Source of the DNA: a virus
Virus record (IMG/VR): IMGVR_UViG_3300029240_000011
Length of the DNA stretch: 58,296 bases
Direction: 5' to 3' (one strand)
How positions within the stretch are numbered: position 1 is the stretch's first letter; the number at the start of each line of letters is the position of its first letter. This document shows positions 58,064 to 58,296 of the stretch, one piece after another. Made by a program: the position numbers and the translations under genes. The notes beneath the pieces were generated by a model, which was given only the letters and a program-made list of their open reading frames with translations, did not search any database and was not told where the DNA came from.

Positions 58064-58296
58064 GTCAACACCATCTCCACTGTAACCGAAACTTGAAGCG
58101 TAGCCCCACAGTCCACCGGATTGGGCGATAGGCTAACCGCTGTAATCTCAAGATGCCCAGCAGACCCATAGCCCCACAAATACCAGTCCCAATCCAGCGC
58201 ATCAATTTGTTCCCAAGTTAGACCTAACTGATCCTGTTCCTCCCAATTTCGCGGTCGCAAACTCGGGCCACCTGGTAAAATTTCGCTTCCGGACCA
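58060..58296 (-). CDS. 3' part of the junction-spanning tail-region gene (see 1..138)
   Basis: The frame is open to the window end and continues at base 100 after removal of the overlap. Confidence 0.7.
   Translation of the reverse strand, partial: WSGSEILPGGPSLRPRNWEEQDQLGLTWEQIDALDWDWYLWGYGSAGHLEITAVSLSPNPVDCGATLQVSVTVEMVLT
58198..58296. repeat. 99-bp terminal overlap (copy of 1..99)
   Basis: Read directly. Confidence 0.95.

Noticed and set aside
54964-58296. A diversity-generating retroelement targeting the fibre genes.
   Set aside because: No reverse-transcriptase-like ORF exists anywhere in the window, and I saw no template/variable repeat pair with adenine-specific differences.

Overview
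The window is a closed phage genome. Bases 1-99 are identical to 58198-58296, so the unique length is 58,197 bp. It looks like a temperate siphovirus-type phage or prophage of a Gram-positive (Firmicutes/Clostridia-like) host. That host call is inferred from strong GGAGG Shine-Dalgarno (SD) sites, frequent TTG/GTG starts, and an amidase_3 + phiLC3-type holin + BhlA-like lysis set. Nearly all genes are on the minus strand. Read along the minus strand (descending coordinates) the layout is as follows.

- **Lysogeny switch (45.6-48.5 kb):** Cro-like and CI-like HTH genes with face-to-face promoters, a tyrosine integrase, and attP carrying a tRNA 3' fragment.
- **Early/replication/anti-restriction block (45.6 down to 31.5 kb):** excisionase-like protein, hexapeptide-repeat protein, ERF, NinB-like protein, SSB, an initiator with internal iterons, a DnaB-like helicase, an Hjc-like resolvase, two methyltransferases, two Lar-like proteins and a beta-clamp-like protein.
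- **RNA locus 1 (31.5-30.8 kb):** a promoter-driven, ORF-free, highly structured ~600-nt RNA that ends in tRNA-Thr(UGU).
- **TerS (29.2-29.75 kb).**
- **A ~4.9-kb island (24.3-29.2 kb) separating TerS from TerL:** it carries a serine recombinase, homing-endonuclease-like genes and opposite-strand small genes.
- **TerL (22.7-24.3 kb).**
- **RNA locus 2 (22.7-22.26 kb):** driven by a near-copy of the RNA locus 1 promoter, it contains a tRNA-like element and a well-formed tRNA with anticodon UCA (opal suppressor).
- **Head and tail genes:** portal, MuF-like protein, scaffold, decoration protein, gpE-like capsid, connectors, major tail protein, and the G/GT chaperone with a canonical A_AAA_AAC -1 frameshift.
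- **A ~5-kb moron island (8.1-13.1 kb) between the chaperone and the tape measure protein.**
- **Tape measure, distal tail and fibre genes,** which wrap the junction.
- **Lysis cassette (51.9-54 kb),** including a 29-aa Hol-Tox-like peptide that is absent from the ORF track.
- **A six-gene low-complexity cargo cluster (48.6-51.9 kb)** next to attP.

The most unusual items are:
- the structured RNA locus with embedded tRNA-like modules;
- the UCA tRNA, together with two TGA-terminated genes (TerS and a DNA methylase) that are each followed in frame by a start-less 75-codon ORF;
- a 48-bp perfect repeat (GTGCCAAGTGCC units) placed in front of the portal, major tail and tape measure genes;
- a recurring pattern of small genes whose SD-ATG is one base out of frame with the long ORF.

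All functional calls come from motif recognition by eye. No BLAST, HMM or CM searches were run. Start codons and RNA boundaries are approximate.
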